In this document: piece after piece, positions 28,928 to 38,655 of the stretch | Layout of the letters: each line of letters starts with the position of its first letter | Position numbering within the stretch: the first letter of the stretch is position 1 | Assembly: GCA_031411295.1 (NCBI GenBank) | Contig: JANOAV010000060.1 | Location: forward strand, 1 to 64,000 | Direction of reading: 5' to 3' | DNA length: 64,000 nt | DNA from: Verrucomicrobiales bacterium | GTDB taxonomy: Bacteria > Verrucomicrobiota > Verrucomicrobiia > Verrucomicrobiales > V1-33 | The notes under the pieces: generated by a model | Databases searched by the model: none | What the model was told of the DNA's origin: nothing | The model's input: only the letters and a program-made list of their open reading frames with translations | Made by a program: the position numbers and the translations under genes

Positions 28928-28964
28928 GGAATCGATCGCAGCCCGATCGGTTCCTTTGTTTTTG
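28928..28964 (+). terminator. Intrinsic terminator after the ThuA gene
   Basis: ggaatcgatcg-cagcc-cgatcggttcc followed by tttgtttttg. Confidence 0.7.
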
Positions 28965-29027
28965 TTCAGTCCAGAAGGAGCCCCTTTCCGCTGAGAGGTT
29001 CCACTTGGCGAACGGACGGTTACAGGT

Positions 29028-29507
29028 ATGATTGCTGCCATGCCCCCTCTGTTCCGACTCCTTTTTTTTGGCGTAGCTTTACTCTTAATCTCCTGCGGCT
29101 CCAAGTCGTCCTCCGGAGTCACCGTGGCTGCGGCCGGACCACTGCAAGTGCAACAATTGGCCGTGCGACGGGAGGGCGATCATTTGCTGGTGCGGGCCAC
29201 GGTGCATTTCACCAATAAAACGAATCAGGCCGTGCGGTTGCGCTCCGAGGCCATCGGACTGCATGCAGGCGGGGAAATCATTCCCGCCTTCACCCGACCA
29301 TTTAATGAATATCCTAATGTGGAACCGGGAACTAGTGGTGTGTCCGTGCTGGATTACTGGGCGGAACCTCGGCAGGTGGCCCAGGAACTGCGCTTGAAGT
29401 ATCAGGAGCAAGTCTTGACCATCAAAACGGCAGGCGAATTTAACATCCAACAGTTGCCGGAAGGGCAAATGGTGTTTCTATCCTGGCCAGCGTGGCAAGT
29501 GCGCTAA
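29028..29507 (+). CDS. Hypothetical lipoprotein
   Basis: Lipobox-like 'LLISC' after a hydrophobic stretch. Beta-rich, Ig-like pattern. Confidence 0.65.
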   Translation: MIAAMPPLFRLLFFGVALLLISCGSKSSSGVTVAAAGPLQVQQLAVRREGDHLLVRATVHFTNKTNQAVRLRSEAIGLHAGGEIIPAFTRPFNEYPNVEPGTSGVSVLDYWAEPRQVAQELRLKYQEQVLTIKTAGEFNIQQLPEGQMVFLSWPAWQVR

Positions 29508-29536
29508 CTCACTAACGCTATCGCGAAACAAAACTT

Positions 29537-30505
29537 ATGACCCCGACCGACCACGATTCCCTGGCCATCGGCATCGATATGGGCGGCACCTCCGTAAAAT
29601 TGGGGGTGTGCCATGGTGCCCGATTGCTCTTCCATGCCGATCCCATTGAAACGCAGAATTTCGCTGGAGCGGAGGCCTTGCTGGAAGTGATGAGCCGTGA
29701 AGTGCGGGCGCTGAAGCAGGCGTGCCCCGGAGTGCGAGCCGTGGGGGTGGGCGTGCCGGGATTCACCGATGTGAATACGGGGATGGTGTATCATTTAACC
29801 AATGTGAATGGCTGGAATAACGTCCTGCTCAACGACATCATGACCCAAGCCACGGGTATTCCTACCTTTGCGGAAAATGATGCCAACGCCATGGCCTACG
29901 CGGAATTCAAGCACGGAGCCGGCATGGGGGCGACGAATATGATCGGAGTAACCTTGGGCACCGGGGTCGGCGGGGGACTGGTCCTCAATGGCGAACTCTT
30001 TCGGGGCTCGGCGTGTGGGGCCGGGGAGATCGGGCAAATGAGCATCGATTACAAGGGCAAGCCCGGCGCCTATGGCAACACTGGAGGCTTGGAGGAATAC
30101 GTGGGCAATCGCGAAATGGCGGCCCGAGCCGCCACGCTCTATCAACAGGCTGGAATCCTGAAATCGTCCGTAGATTGTGAACCGCACAAACTCACCGAAG
30201 CCGCCGCCGCGCAGGATCCGGTGGCGCTGCAGGTGTGGGATGAATTCACCACGCAACTGGCTTCCTGTCTGGCGAACTGTTGCTGGCTCATCAATCCTGA
30301 CACGATTGTGATCGGCGGCGGAATTGCGCGGGCGGGAGCCATTTTATTCGAGCCGCTGCAGCGGAAAATGAACGCTCAGTTGCACACGACTTTTTCCCAT
30401 GGTCTGAAAGTTCTGCCCGCCCACTTCGGCAACGAAGCCGGGATCATCGGCAGTGCGGCCGTGGCGCTGGAACGGCATGCTGCCTCACGTAGTGGTCAGC
30501 TCTAG
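29537..30505 (+). CDS. ROK family sugar kinase (glucokinase-like)
   Basis: 'IGIDMGGTSVK', 'ENDANAMAYAE', 'TLGTGVGGG', 'AGEIG', 'GNEAGIIG'. Confidence 0.93.
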   Translation: MTPTDHDSLAIGIDMGGTSVKLGVCHGARLLFHADPIETQNFAGAEALLEVMSREVRALKQACPGVRAVGVGVPGFTDVNTGMVYHLTNVNGWNNVLLNDIMTQATGIPTFAENDANAMAYAEFKHGAGMGATNMIGVTLGTGVGGGLVLNGELFRGSACGAGEIGQMSIDYKGKPGAYGNTGGLEEYVGNREMAARAATLYQQAGILKSSVDCEPHKLTEAAAAQDPVALQVWDEFTTQLASCLANCCWLINPDTIVIGGGIARAGAILFEPLQRKMNAQLHTTFSHGLKVLPAHFGNEAGIIGSAAVALERHAASRSGQL

Positions 30506-30524
30506 CCTGCGGCAGGCCCCAAGT

Positions 30525-31475
30525 TTAATCTCCCAGCAGTTGCCGCAGCCCCTGGATGGCTTTGGCGATACCACTGAGGATGCTCTTGGCGGAAGCATGC
30601 CATTGCTGGCCGAAATCCTGCCAGGAAATCGTGGGCGCAGCTTGAATTAAAAGCAGCGAGAGCAGGAGCAGGTTCGCCAGCACGATGACGTTCAGGCTGA
30701 AAATCGTGCCATTGGATTTCAAGTCCGGCTGATCTTTGACGATCATCCACACGGTGAACGTTAGGTGAAACCCCCACGTGAGGCCCAGCGTCCAATAACC
30801 CAGCATCTCCCAAGAAAAGTGGGGGAGAATGCGGATGGGGAGTCGATGCGCCACCGTGAGGTCTGTATAGGAACCTACCAGCCAAAACACCAGCGCTACC
30901 ACCAAGGCATAGAGCGGCACGAAATAGGGGGAAAGCGCGATCAGGAGATTATTCTTATCGGTCACAATATGCCCCCCTTCCTTGGTCACGCGGAACTCAT
31001 GGACATGGCCCAGACAGAGGTAGGTGAAGAGAGCATGCGTGGCTTCATGTCCCCAAACATAGAGGTAGATCGGACGCCCCATAGTGAAGAAGGCCACGAG
31101 CCACATGATAAGCCCCAACATGAAGAACCAGAAAGGGCTGCTGCGCCAGAAGGAAGCCTCCATACTGGCTTGGAAACAGGAGAAAAACGCCATGGCCGTA
31201 ATCAAACAGAGTGGCAGTAACAACGTGCTGCCGAGCGCGCGCCAGATCTGTGGCATATCGATCATCCAACCGCCGATCGTGGCGGCATGATGGACGTTCA
31301 GTTCTTGTTTGACCTCCTGCTTCACCCCAGCCACGCCTCGACGCTGGGGACGACGCTGGGCTGCCTTGCGTCGTTTGTTAGCACTCCCCGACAAATCAAA
31401 ACCTGCGCTCACGCTCAAAGAGAGTTCGTGACGGGATTGTTTGGTATTGCGCTTGACGTTTTTCGTGGCCATCAA
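30525..31475 (-). CDS. Integral membrane protein, M50-like metallopeptidase
   Basis: Several TM helices, HExxH motif 'GHEATHA' and 'IALSPYFVP'. Confidence 0.7.
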   Translation of the reverse strand: MMATKNVKRNTKQSRHELSLSVSAGFDLSGSANKRRKAAQRRPQRRGVAGVKQEVKQELNVHHAATIGGWMIDMPQIWRALGSTLLLPLCLITAMAFFSCFQASMEASFWRSSPFWFFMLGLIMWLVAFFTMGRPIYLYVWGHEATHALFTYLCLGHVHEFRVTKEGGHIVTDKNNLLIALSPYFVPLYALVVALVFWLVGSYTDLTVAHRLPIRILPHFSWEMLGYWTLGLTWGFHLTFTVWMIVKDQPDLKSNGTIFSLNVIVLANLLLLSLLLIQAAPTISWQDFGQQWHASAKSILSGIAKAIQGLRQLLGD

Positions 31476-31560
31476 GCAAAATTAATACAACTTTCTTAAA
31501 ATTTAACAAGTATTAAAGATAAATTTTGAAGAAACCGCCCCGCTGGCGGGTTTGGACTGG

Positions 31561-32397
31561 TTATTCTCCGCTCAGCATTCCCTGTAAGATCAGGAAACCG
31601 ACGACCCACGCCAGCGCCACCCGGTAATAGCCAAAGACCGCAAAACCACGTCGTTGGAGGAAGGCCACCATCCATTTCACCGCAATGACGGCGGAGAGCC
31701 AAGCCGCCAAGAGCCCAATAATCAGAACGGTAGGCCCACCCAGCAGTTGGATGTTGGCACTGTCAAATTTCAGTGATTTGTAGGCCGTAGCCGCCGTTAG
31801 CGTAATCAGTCCAAGAATGAAGCTGAATTCGACTGCGGCCGAAAGCGATAGCCCCACCAAAACGCCCCCAAGAATAGTGACCAGGCTGCGGCTCGTTCCT
31901 GGCATGAGGGCGATACATTGCATGAGGCCAATCATGATTGCCATTTTCACGGTCAAGGATTCGAGCCCAAAACCTTCGTTGCGCTTGGCAGGTTTGAACC
32001 ATTCTACTGCCAAAATGGCCACGCCTCCGACCAGCCATGCAATCGTCACGGTCCAAAGGTTCATCAAGGCAGCATCAATCTTCTTATTAAACGCCAAACC
32101 GACCACGGCCGCTGGCAGAAACGCTGCGAGGACTTTAATGGTTAAGGCGCGCCCAGCGGGATCCTTCCCCAGGACCCCAAGGGCCATGGATTTCACCCGG
32201 CCGAAATAGAGGCCCAAGACTGCGAAAATAGCCCCTGCCTGAATACAGATGGTATAGGCATCCAAGGCCACCTTGTTCTCGGGCGTCTGAAGTTTCATTG
32301 CTTGCTCCGCAAGGATCAGGTGGCCAGTAGAACTAACTGGAAGGTATTCGGTGAGGCCCTCAACGATGCCGAGGATGATGGATTGGGTGATGGTCAT
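31561..32397 (-). CDS. uppP: Undecaprenyl-diphosphate phosphatase (BacA family)
   Basis: 'GIVEGLTEYLPVSSTGHL', 'ALMPGTSRS', 'AAVEFSF', 'FGYYR'. Confidence 0.96.
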   Translation of the reverse strand: MTITQSIILGIVEGLTEYLPVSSTGHLILAEQAMKLQTPENKVALDAYTICIQAGAIFAVLGLYFGRVKSMALGVLGKDPAGRALTIKVLAAFLPAAVVGLAFNKKIDAALMNLWTVTIAWLVGGVAILAVEWFKPAKRNEGFGLESLTVKMAIMIGLMQCIALMPGTSRSLVTILGGVLVGLSLSAAVEFSFILGLITLTAATAYKSLKFDSANIQLLGGPTVLIIGLLAAWLSAVIAVKWMVAFLQRRGFAVFGYYRVALAWVVGFLILQGMLSGE

Positions 32398-32520
32398 GGG
32401 TAGTATTTGGAAGGGAACAAAGCGCCCAACCTAAGTTCAAACCTGAAAGTTCAAAGCCCAAATAATCACTTAATGCCAGGTTGGCCAGATTGGTGTTCCG
32501 CCCCCAACGACGCCGATCAA

Positions 32521-33090
32521 TCACTTCCTCAACGCAGGAAACATCACTTGTTCCACACCGGAACAGATGAGATGCAGCACCACCTGATGCGCCTCCTGGA
32601 TGTGGGAGGTAACTTGGGAGGGGACCACGATCGACAACTCTGCCAGCGGCTTGGCGGCACCGCCATCTCTGCCGAGCAGGGCGATGGTGCGCATGCCCCG
32701 GGTGCTGGCCGAACGCAGCGCTTCGAGAATATTCGGGGAGTTCCCGGACGTCGTGAAGACGACGAGGACATCCCCCTTGCGAGCCAGACCATCGACCTGG
32801 CGGGCAAAGATGCTATTGAACTGGTAGTCATTGCCCGTGGCGGTCATGAAACTGCCATCCGCGGTCAAATTAAGCGCTGGAAGTGAGGGGCGGTCCCGTT
32901 CGAAACGACAAAGGAATTCCGTGGCAAAATGGGCTGCCTCGGCTGCGCTTCCGCCGTTGCCGCAGGTCAGAATTTTCCCGCCACTGCTGAGACTATCAGC
33001 GATGATGTCGATGGCTTGCTGCACTTCTGCTTGCAGGGTATGCAGCGAACTAATGGCTGCGGTGGCTTGGTCGATATACGCTTTAATCAT
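32521..33090 (-). CDS. gmhA: D-sedoheptulose-7-phosphate isomerase (SIS domain)
   Basis: 'CGNGGSAAEAAHFATE', 'GNDY..IFARQV', 'TSGNSPNI', 'HIQEAH'. Confidence 0.9.
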   Translation of the reverse strand: MIKAYIDQATAAISSLHTLQAEVQQAIDIIADSLSSGGKILTCGNGGSAAEAAHFATEFLCRFERDRPSLPALNLTADGSFMTATGNDYQFNSIFARQVDGLARKGDVLVVFTTSGNSPNILEALRSASTRGMRTIALLGRDGGAAKPLAELSIVVPSQVTSHIQEAHQVVLHLICSGVEQVMFPALRK

Positions 33091-33347
33091 AACTGGATGG
33101 GAGGAAAGAGCCGACAGTAAGCAGACCCTTGCCAACTTGCAACTTTTTCAGTCAGGCGCTGGGGGTAACTAAAAAATACCAGATTAATCCAATCTTAATT
33201 TCGGAGCGGTGTTTTTGGTTTTGCAAGATTAAAATGTTGAAATTGTCTTGCGTGAAACCGGAGAAAATAATAATCTGGCCTCAGAAATTCCCCTAGATTT
33301 TCTTTCCTCCCCCCACGATACCCGAGCTTTACCCCTCCCCCAAAAAT

Positions 33348-36300
33348 ATGAAGACAAGTGCCAGATTCCTCACTGGATTGCTAAGTTGCGTTCTCCTCGG
33401 AAACGCTTCGGCAACGATTTTGTTGAATGAGATCCATGCCCGCACTCCGCTGAGCACGGATGTTCTGGAGCAGGATTCGAATTTTGAGTTCGTCGAATTA
33501 AAGAGCACCACCGCTTCGGAGGATTGCGTAGGCCCGAATGGCGGGCCACTTTGGCTGTTGCTAATAGATAATGATGGCGGTGGACTTGGCGGGGTGGATC
33601 AGGCTTGGAAATTGGTGGACGTCAATGGAGTGGCCCTGAAGACAGGTGCCAACGGCCTGCTGCTGCTGGGAGATGATTACCTCAAGTCAAGTGCCCCTTA
33701 TAACACGATCAAGGCCATCCAAACCACCGTGGGAGATCCCTCGGGCATGGGTTCGGATAATCTTGGAAATAAGGCCTATACCATGCTGCTCGTAGAAGGA
33801 TACACGAATCCCACTCCGCTGGGGGCAGACACGAAACCTATTTTGGATAAAGACAGTAACGGCATCCTCGATTGGAATCAGACGCCGATTCTCGCTAGCG
33901 GATACCAAGCGGCACCTTGGACCGTGGTAAATTTCAACGCCACCAGCAATCCTGCTGGAGCAGTGGATTCGGTTGGCTTCAACGGAGATTCTGGGGCGAC
34001 CATTACTCCAGCCTATTGCGGTGCTGGCGGCAGCGGAGCGAATCTTTCCAACAGTAACCTGCTCAAAGGAGTCACCGCCACGGGATTCCTCCCTCACACG
34101 ATCGCCCGCGGCGGCACTAACAACACTGCTAACTCCCGCACTGCTTGGTATGGTGGCGTTTCTTCCGGGAGCTCGGGGGATTCCATTACCTATGGCACTA
34201 ATTTCTTTAATCTCCTGAGTGGCCAAACCTGGCGTGGTCAGGTTACCCCTGGCCAGCCCAATTTATCGGCCGCCCCGGTCACCCCGGTCTTCCGGATCAA
34301 TGAAATCCATGCCAACCCTTCAGGCACGCCAGGTCGCTCCGCCCCCGGGGCTGGTTCCCTCACCCCGAACCTCGTTTCAGTTAATGACGGCAACTTTGAG
34401 TATATTGAAATCATCAACACGTCGGCTGCGGCAGACTTGTCGGGCAGCTTGGCGGGATACTCCCTACTGATAATCGACAACGGCGGGGGCTCCATCGGGC
34501 AGATTGTCGAAGCATGGGATTTAAGCAAATTTTCCACCGGCAGTAACGGTATTCTACTGCTTGGGGATGGCTTTACCAATGGTGAGTGTCCCTGGATCAA
34601 AAACGTGGATGCCGCCACCCAACTGGGCGACCCAGAAGCCGTAGCGGCTACGCCGGCCACCAACCCTGCGACGCAGAAATACACTTCCCTGAGCGCTGGG
34701 GATATTCCCAATGATGGAGTGACGTTTCTATTGGTGCAAAACTTCACCAGCACCGCTGAGGCAGTAGTAAATAGCGTCGCTGACGCGCGAGATCTGGACG
34801 CGACTGATGATGGCGTCCTCGATTCCACTCCTTATACCCTGGTGGACGGAGTCAGCATCCCAGAGATCGACGCCACCGCCCATACCCCGATTACCGGCCG
34901 AGCTGGTTATTCCGCCGCTTCACTTTCCATTTCCAGCACCTTCACGATCACTGGCGCGCAAAGCACCGACGTCATCACCACCAACGCAGCCCACGGTTTA
35001 GTGGCAGGGGATCGCATCGCCATTACCGCCAAGACTGGCGGCACCGGAATCACGGTTGGCACCGCTTATTTTGTGCTCACGGCCCCAACCGCCACTACCC
35101 TCACTTTGAGCGCCACTGCGGGCGGGGCGCTTTTAAATTTCACCACAGACATCACTGCCGGCAGTTTGGCCACCAGAGCCTACGATCCAGACAACCTTTC
35201 CCGCATCAAGGGTTCTAATACCGCCAGCTCCGCAGCAGCGTGGTCTTATGGGGTGCTTGGATCAGGTAGTTCCTACGCCTTAACCTACCGCAATGGTTAC
35301 TACCGCCCCACCACGTTCTGGGGAGCGGGATCACCCGGGAAACCGAACTACAGTGCCAGCGTGCTGCCCACCGTCGGCACCCTCCGCCTCAACGAAGTTC
35401 ACATCAAGCCGCCTCAGTCCGGGGACGGTAAGGAAAATACGGAATTCGTGGAATTGATCAGCACCAATGCCCACGCCTCCATGAAAGACCTCTGGCTCAT
35501 CGTGCTTGACGCTTCGCCCGGAGCCTCCAGCGGCTTGGTGAAAAAAGTAATCGATCTCCGCAGTCAATCCACAGGAGCAAACAAACTAGCGCTCTTTGCC
35601 GATGGGGTTGAGGAATTTACCAGCGCACTGCCGCCCTTCAGCTCATCACTTACCTCCCGTGATGACCCGTCCATTTATTTTGGAGACGGCACCGTGCCTG
35701 TCTCAGCCGATTTTAATTTTACTCCGGACTCACTAGCCCCCAACTCCGGCATTTCGGTTTTACTGGTATCCTATGCCGCTCCCACCGCCACGTCGGTCCC
35801 CGTGCAGCCAGGATCAGATCTGGATGCCAACAACGATGGCGTGCTGGACGCAGCCCCCGCCTGGACCGTGGTTGACACCATTGGCATTGGGAACGGCATC
35901 GGCGGCGTGCCGGTCGCCCCCGGCACCCCTGCGACCCTGTCCCGCGTGAATGGCAATCTCACGCCAAACAGCTTGGGTGCTTGGTTCGGCGGAGACATCA
36001 GCGGTTCGACCCCAACGAGCTTTGATTACGGTGCGGCTTACTTCGGCTCCTTCAAGGGAGCCGCCACGCCGGGACGCGCTAACCCCATTGCCACTCCGAA
36101 TCCAGCCGCTGTCCTCTTGTTGAATGAGGTCAATATCAATCCGCCAGGTGCTGATAACAATAAGGAGTTCATCGAAATTCGCACTGCGGACAACACTGCC
36201 ACCAGCACCGCAGGCTACAGCCTCCTGTTGGTTGATAACGAAGGCGCAGACATCGGCCGAGTTTTGAAAATGTATGACTTGGATTCCGCCGCCATCGGCA

Positions 36301-37466
36301 CCAACGGATTGCTGCTCAATGGTTCCGGTTACACTACCTTGATGCCCTGGACTGCCGCTGCCGCACCCGAAGCCAACACCGGCATCTTCTCTCCGGACAC
36401 CATGGCTTTCGATGACATCGCGCTGACTTCGGACAACGGTGCGTTTACGCTGCTGTTAGTCAAATACTTCAATGGCCGGGTGGGCGATGATCTCGATATG
36501 GGCACGAACACAGACCGTCGTGAATCCGTGCCAGACGACGCCATCTTCAATACCCCACTGCAATGGTCTTCGCTGGCGGATTCAGTGGCGATGAGAGGCG
36601 TCATTTCGGCCAGTCCGCTTACGATCACCTCCGCAGCTGGCACCCCCATCGCCATCACCACCAGCGTGGCTCACGGCATGAGCAGCGGAGCTAATGTGGC
36701 AATTGCTGGTGCCTTGGGAAATACTGCCGCCAATGGCACTTGGACGATTAACGTAACTTCCACCACGAGCTTCACCCTAACCGGCAGCACTAGCAATGGT
36801 GCCTACACCTCTGGCGGATTGGTTAATTACTACCAAGCGGGCCGGATCTTTACTGGCACCACAGACTTGTCCGTCGCCATTCCCGCTTCCCCCAATCAAG
36901 CCAACGCCTATACCCCGGACACGGTCTCAAGGTTTGCCAATAAACTGACTCCCAATGATGCTGCCTCTTGGTATGGTGCCAACATCACCGGCACAGCCGG
37001 CACCTCCACAGTGTATTCCACCACGCAGTATTTCCCCACGACCTTGAACGGTGGCAAGGTGACTCCTGGTCAGACTAATATTTTCGCCCTCACCGACCTC
37101 TCAGATCCCGATGGCGATGGTGTGGTCGTCGTCATGGAAGACGCCTTGGGCATGAATATCTTTGTGGCCGACACCCCCAAGCTGCCACAACCTGGTTGGG
37201 CGATCATTTCTGGGCAAAATTCTGGCAAACCACAACCAGTCTTTATTGTCACGCGTCCCAACGGAGGTGTCGCTGGGATTACCTATATCGTGGAAGCTTC
37301 CACTGACTTGAACGATTGGGGCTCCTACACGACTCAAGTAAAAAGCACCACCGCTAACGTTCCGAGCGTCGGCACGGAAACCAAAGTTTACGGTATTCCT
37401 GCTGCTTTCCTCCCGACCCTGACAGAGGGACGTATCTTCTTCCGCCTCCGGGTTTCCCGCCCGTGA
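33348..37466 (+). CDS. Large secreted protein with four lamin-tail-like repeats, two FCCH-like inserts and a C-terminal putative export domain
   Basis: Signal peptide. Repeats start 'ILLNEIH', 'FRINEIH', 'LRLNEVH', 'LLLNEVN', each followed by 'E(F/Y)(V/I)E(L/I)' and ending 'AW(Y/S/F)G...(T/S)PG..N'. C-terminus 'DPDGDG..MEDALG..YIVEASTDL.DW..RIFFRLRVS'. Confidence 0.85.
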   Translation: MKTSARFLTGLLSCVLLGNASATILLNEIHARTPLSTDVLEQDSNFEFVELKSTTASEDCVGPNGGPLWLLLIDNDGGGLGGVDQAWKLVDVNGVALKTGANGLLLLGDDYLKSSAPYNTIKAIQTTVGDPSGMGSDNLGNKAYTMLLVEGYTNPTPLGADTKPILDKDSNGILDWNQTPILASGYQAAPWTVVNFNATSNPAGAVDSVGFNGDSGATITPAYCGAGGSGANLSNSNLLKGVTATGFLPHTIARGGTNNTANSRTAWYGGVSSGSSGDSITYGTNFFNLLSGQTWRGQVTPGQPNLSAAPVTPVFRINEIHANPSGTPGRSAPGAGSLTPNLVSVNDGNFEYIEIINTSAAADLSGSLAGYSLLIIDNGGGSIGQIVEAWDLSKFSTGSNGILLLGDGFTNGECPWIKNVDAATQLGDPEAVAATPATNPATQKYTSLSAGDIPNDGVTFLLVQNFTSTAEAVVNSVADARDLDATDDGVLDSTPYTLVDGVSIPEIDATAHTPITGRAGYSAASLSISSTFTITGAQSTDVITTNAAHGLVAGDRIAITAKTGGTGITVGTAYFVLTAPTATTLTLSATAGGALLNFTTDITAGSLATRAYDPDNLSRIKGSNTASSAAAWSYGVLGSGSSYALTYRNGYYRPTTFWGAGSPGKPNYSASVLPTVGTLRLNEVHIKPPQSGDGKENTEFVELISTNAHASMKDLWLIVLDASPGASSGLVKKVIDLRSQSTGANKLALFADGVEEFTSALPPFSSSLTSRDDPSIYFGDGTVPVSADFNFTPDSLAPNSGISVLLVSYAAPTATSVPVQPGSDLDANNDGVLDAAPAWTVVDTIGIGNGIGGVPVAPGTPATLSRVNGNLTPNSLGAWFGGDISGSTPTSFDYGAAYFGSFKGAATPGRANPIATPNPAAVLLLNEVNINPPGADNNKEFIEIRTADNTATSTAGYSLLLVDNEGADIGRVLKMYDLDSAAIGTNGLLLNGSGYTTLMPWTAAAAPEANTGIFSPDTMAFDDIALTSDNGAFTLLLVKYFNGRVGDDLDMGTNTDRRESVPDDAIFNTPLQWSSLADSVAMRGVISASPLTITSAAGTPIAITTSVAHGMSSGANVAIAGALGNTAANGTWTINVTSTTSFTLTGSTSNGAYTSGGLVNYYQAGRIFTGTTDLSVAIPASPNQANAYTPDTVSRFANKLTPNDAASWYGANITGTAGTSTVYSTTQYFPTTLNGGKVTPGQTNIFALTDLSDPDGDGVVVVMEDALGMNIFVADTPKLPQPGWAIISGQNSGKPQPVFIVTRPNGGVAGITYIVEASTDLNDWGSYTTQVKSTTANVPSVGTETKVYGIPAAFLPTLTEGRIFFRLRVSRP

Positions 37467-37518
37467 TCGTGGTCCGTTCAATTGGTGCGAATTAGTGCGT
37501 CCGCCCCATAGTGCTCGG

Positions 37519-38592
37519 ATGTCGAAGCTCCTTACGTTATTGATTACATGCTTCCACTGCTCCGCACTCCAGCGGGCGGTGGCAGAGCCTCTGCCGCCAA
37601 CCCAAGTCATCCCAGGCCTCACTTTGACGGCAAAGGATACGCTGGAGACCAAGGGCGAGCCCGATGCCGCGGTGGCGGAATGCCTGGCAGGCCTTGCTTG
37701 GAAACCAGCCACCTTTAACGTCCGCTGCGTGGGCAAGACGGAGCAAGCCGACTGGTTGATCCGCTTTCCCAGTCCGCTGCCATCAGGCGATGCGGTCAAC
37801 GACGACGTCGCCATGGAATGGTATGTCGCCAGAGACCAAAACAAGGAACCGATCAAAGCCCCAGCAGTGATCGTGGTGCACGAATCCGGCCGTGGCATGA
37901 TGGCGGGCAAAGTGGTCTGTAATGGTCTGCGGAATAATCATTTCCACGCCTTCCTCGTGCATCTTCCGGGGTATGGCGAGCGCACCTCAGAGTTCACCGC
38001 CGATACCAAAGCCATGCTCCCCGGCCTGCGCCAAGCGATTGGCGATGTGCGACGCGCGCGGGATGCAGCCGCAGCCCTGCCGAATGTGGATGCCAGTTCC
38101 ATTTCCCTGCAAGGCACCAGTTTGGGCGGATTCGTTGCCGCTACTGCAGCCGGTTTGGACCGTGGATTTGATCGGGTCTTTATCCTGCTGGCGGGCGGAG
38201 ATTTGGCACAGGTGATTCTTACCGGAGAAAAAGATGCCGCGGGCATCCGCAAACGCTTGCTCGCGGCCGGCATCACGGAACATGGAATCCGCGCCCAAAC
38301 CAACACCGTGGAACCCCTGCGAATTGCCTCACGCATCAATCCTCAACGGACCTGGCTGTTTAGTGGTCGGGATGATGAAGTGGTGCCACCAGTTTGTTCC
38401 GACGCTTGGGCTAAGGCGGCCCAACTTCCCCAGGACCATCACGAAATCATGCCCGTGGGCCACTACACAGCCGCCTTCCTCTTCCCCAGCGTCATGGGCC
38501 AGATCGTAAACCTGATGCGAGACCGCCCCATGATGGAGAACCTCCCGCCCTTGCCGAACCTTCCCCCACCTCCCAAAGCACGCGCTAAATAA
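37519..38592 (+). CDS. Secreted alpha/beta hydrolase
   Basis: Nucleophile elbow 'GTSLGG', 'DDEVVPP' and 'GHY' complete a Ser-Asp-His triad. Confidence 0.85.
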   Translation: MSKLLTLLITCFHCSALQRAVAEPLPPTQVIPGLTLTAKDTLETKGEPDAAVAECLAGLAWKPATFNVRCVGKTEQADWLIRFPSPLPSGDAVNDDVAMEWYVARDQNKEPIKAPAVIVVHESGRGMMAGKVVCNGLRNNHFHAFLVHLPGYGERTSEFTADTKAMLPGLRQAIGDVRRARDAAAALPNVDASSISLQGTSLGGFVAATAAGLDRGFDRVFILLAGGDLAQVILTGEKDAAGIRKRLLAAGITEHGIRAQTNTVEPLRIASRINPQRTWLFSGRDDEVVPPVCSDAWAKAAQLPQDHHEIMPVGHYTAAFLFPSVMGQIVNLMRDRPMMENLPPLPNLPPPPKARAK

Positions 38593-38655
38593 CCAGCTGG
38601 GCAATTGCGCCACGCTTGTCCTTGCAGAACCGGTCGTCCGCTTTCCTAGTCAACC

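Noticed and set aside
34929..36833. Prophage remnant
   Set aside because: The phage-like modules are in-frame inserts in a signal-peptide-bearing host protein. No integrase, terminase or capsid genes are present.
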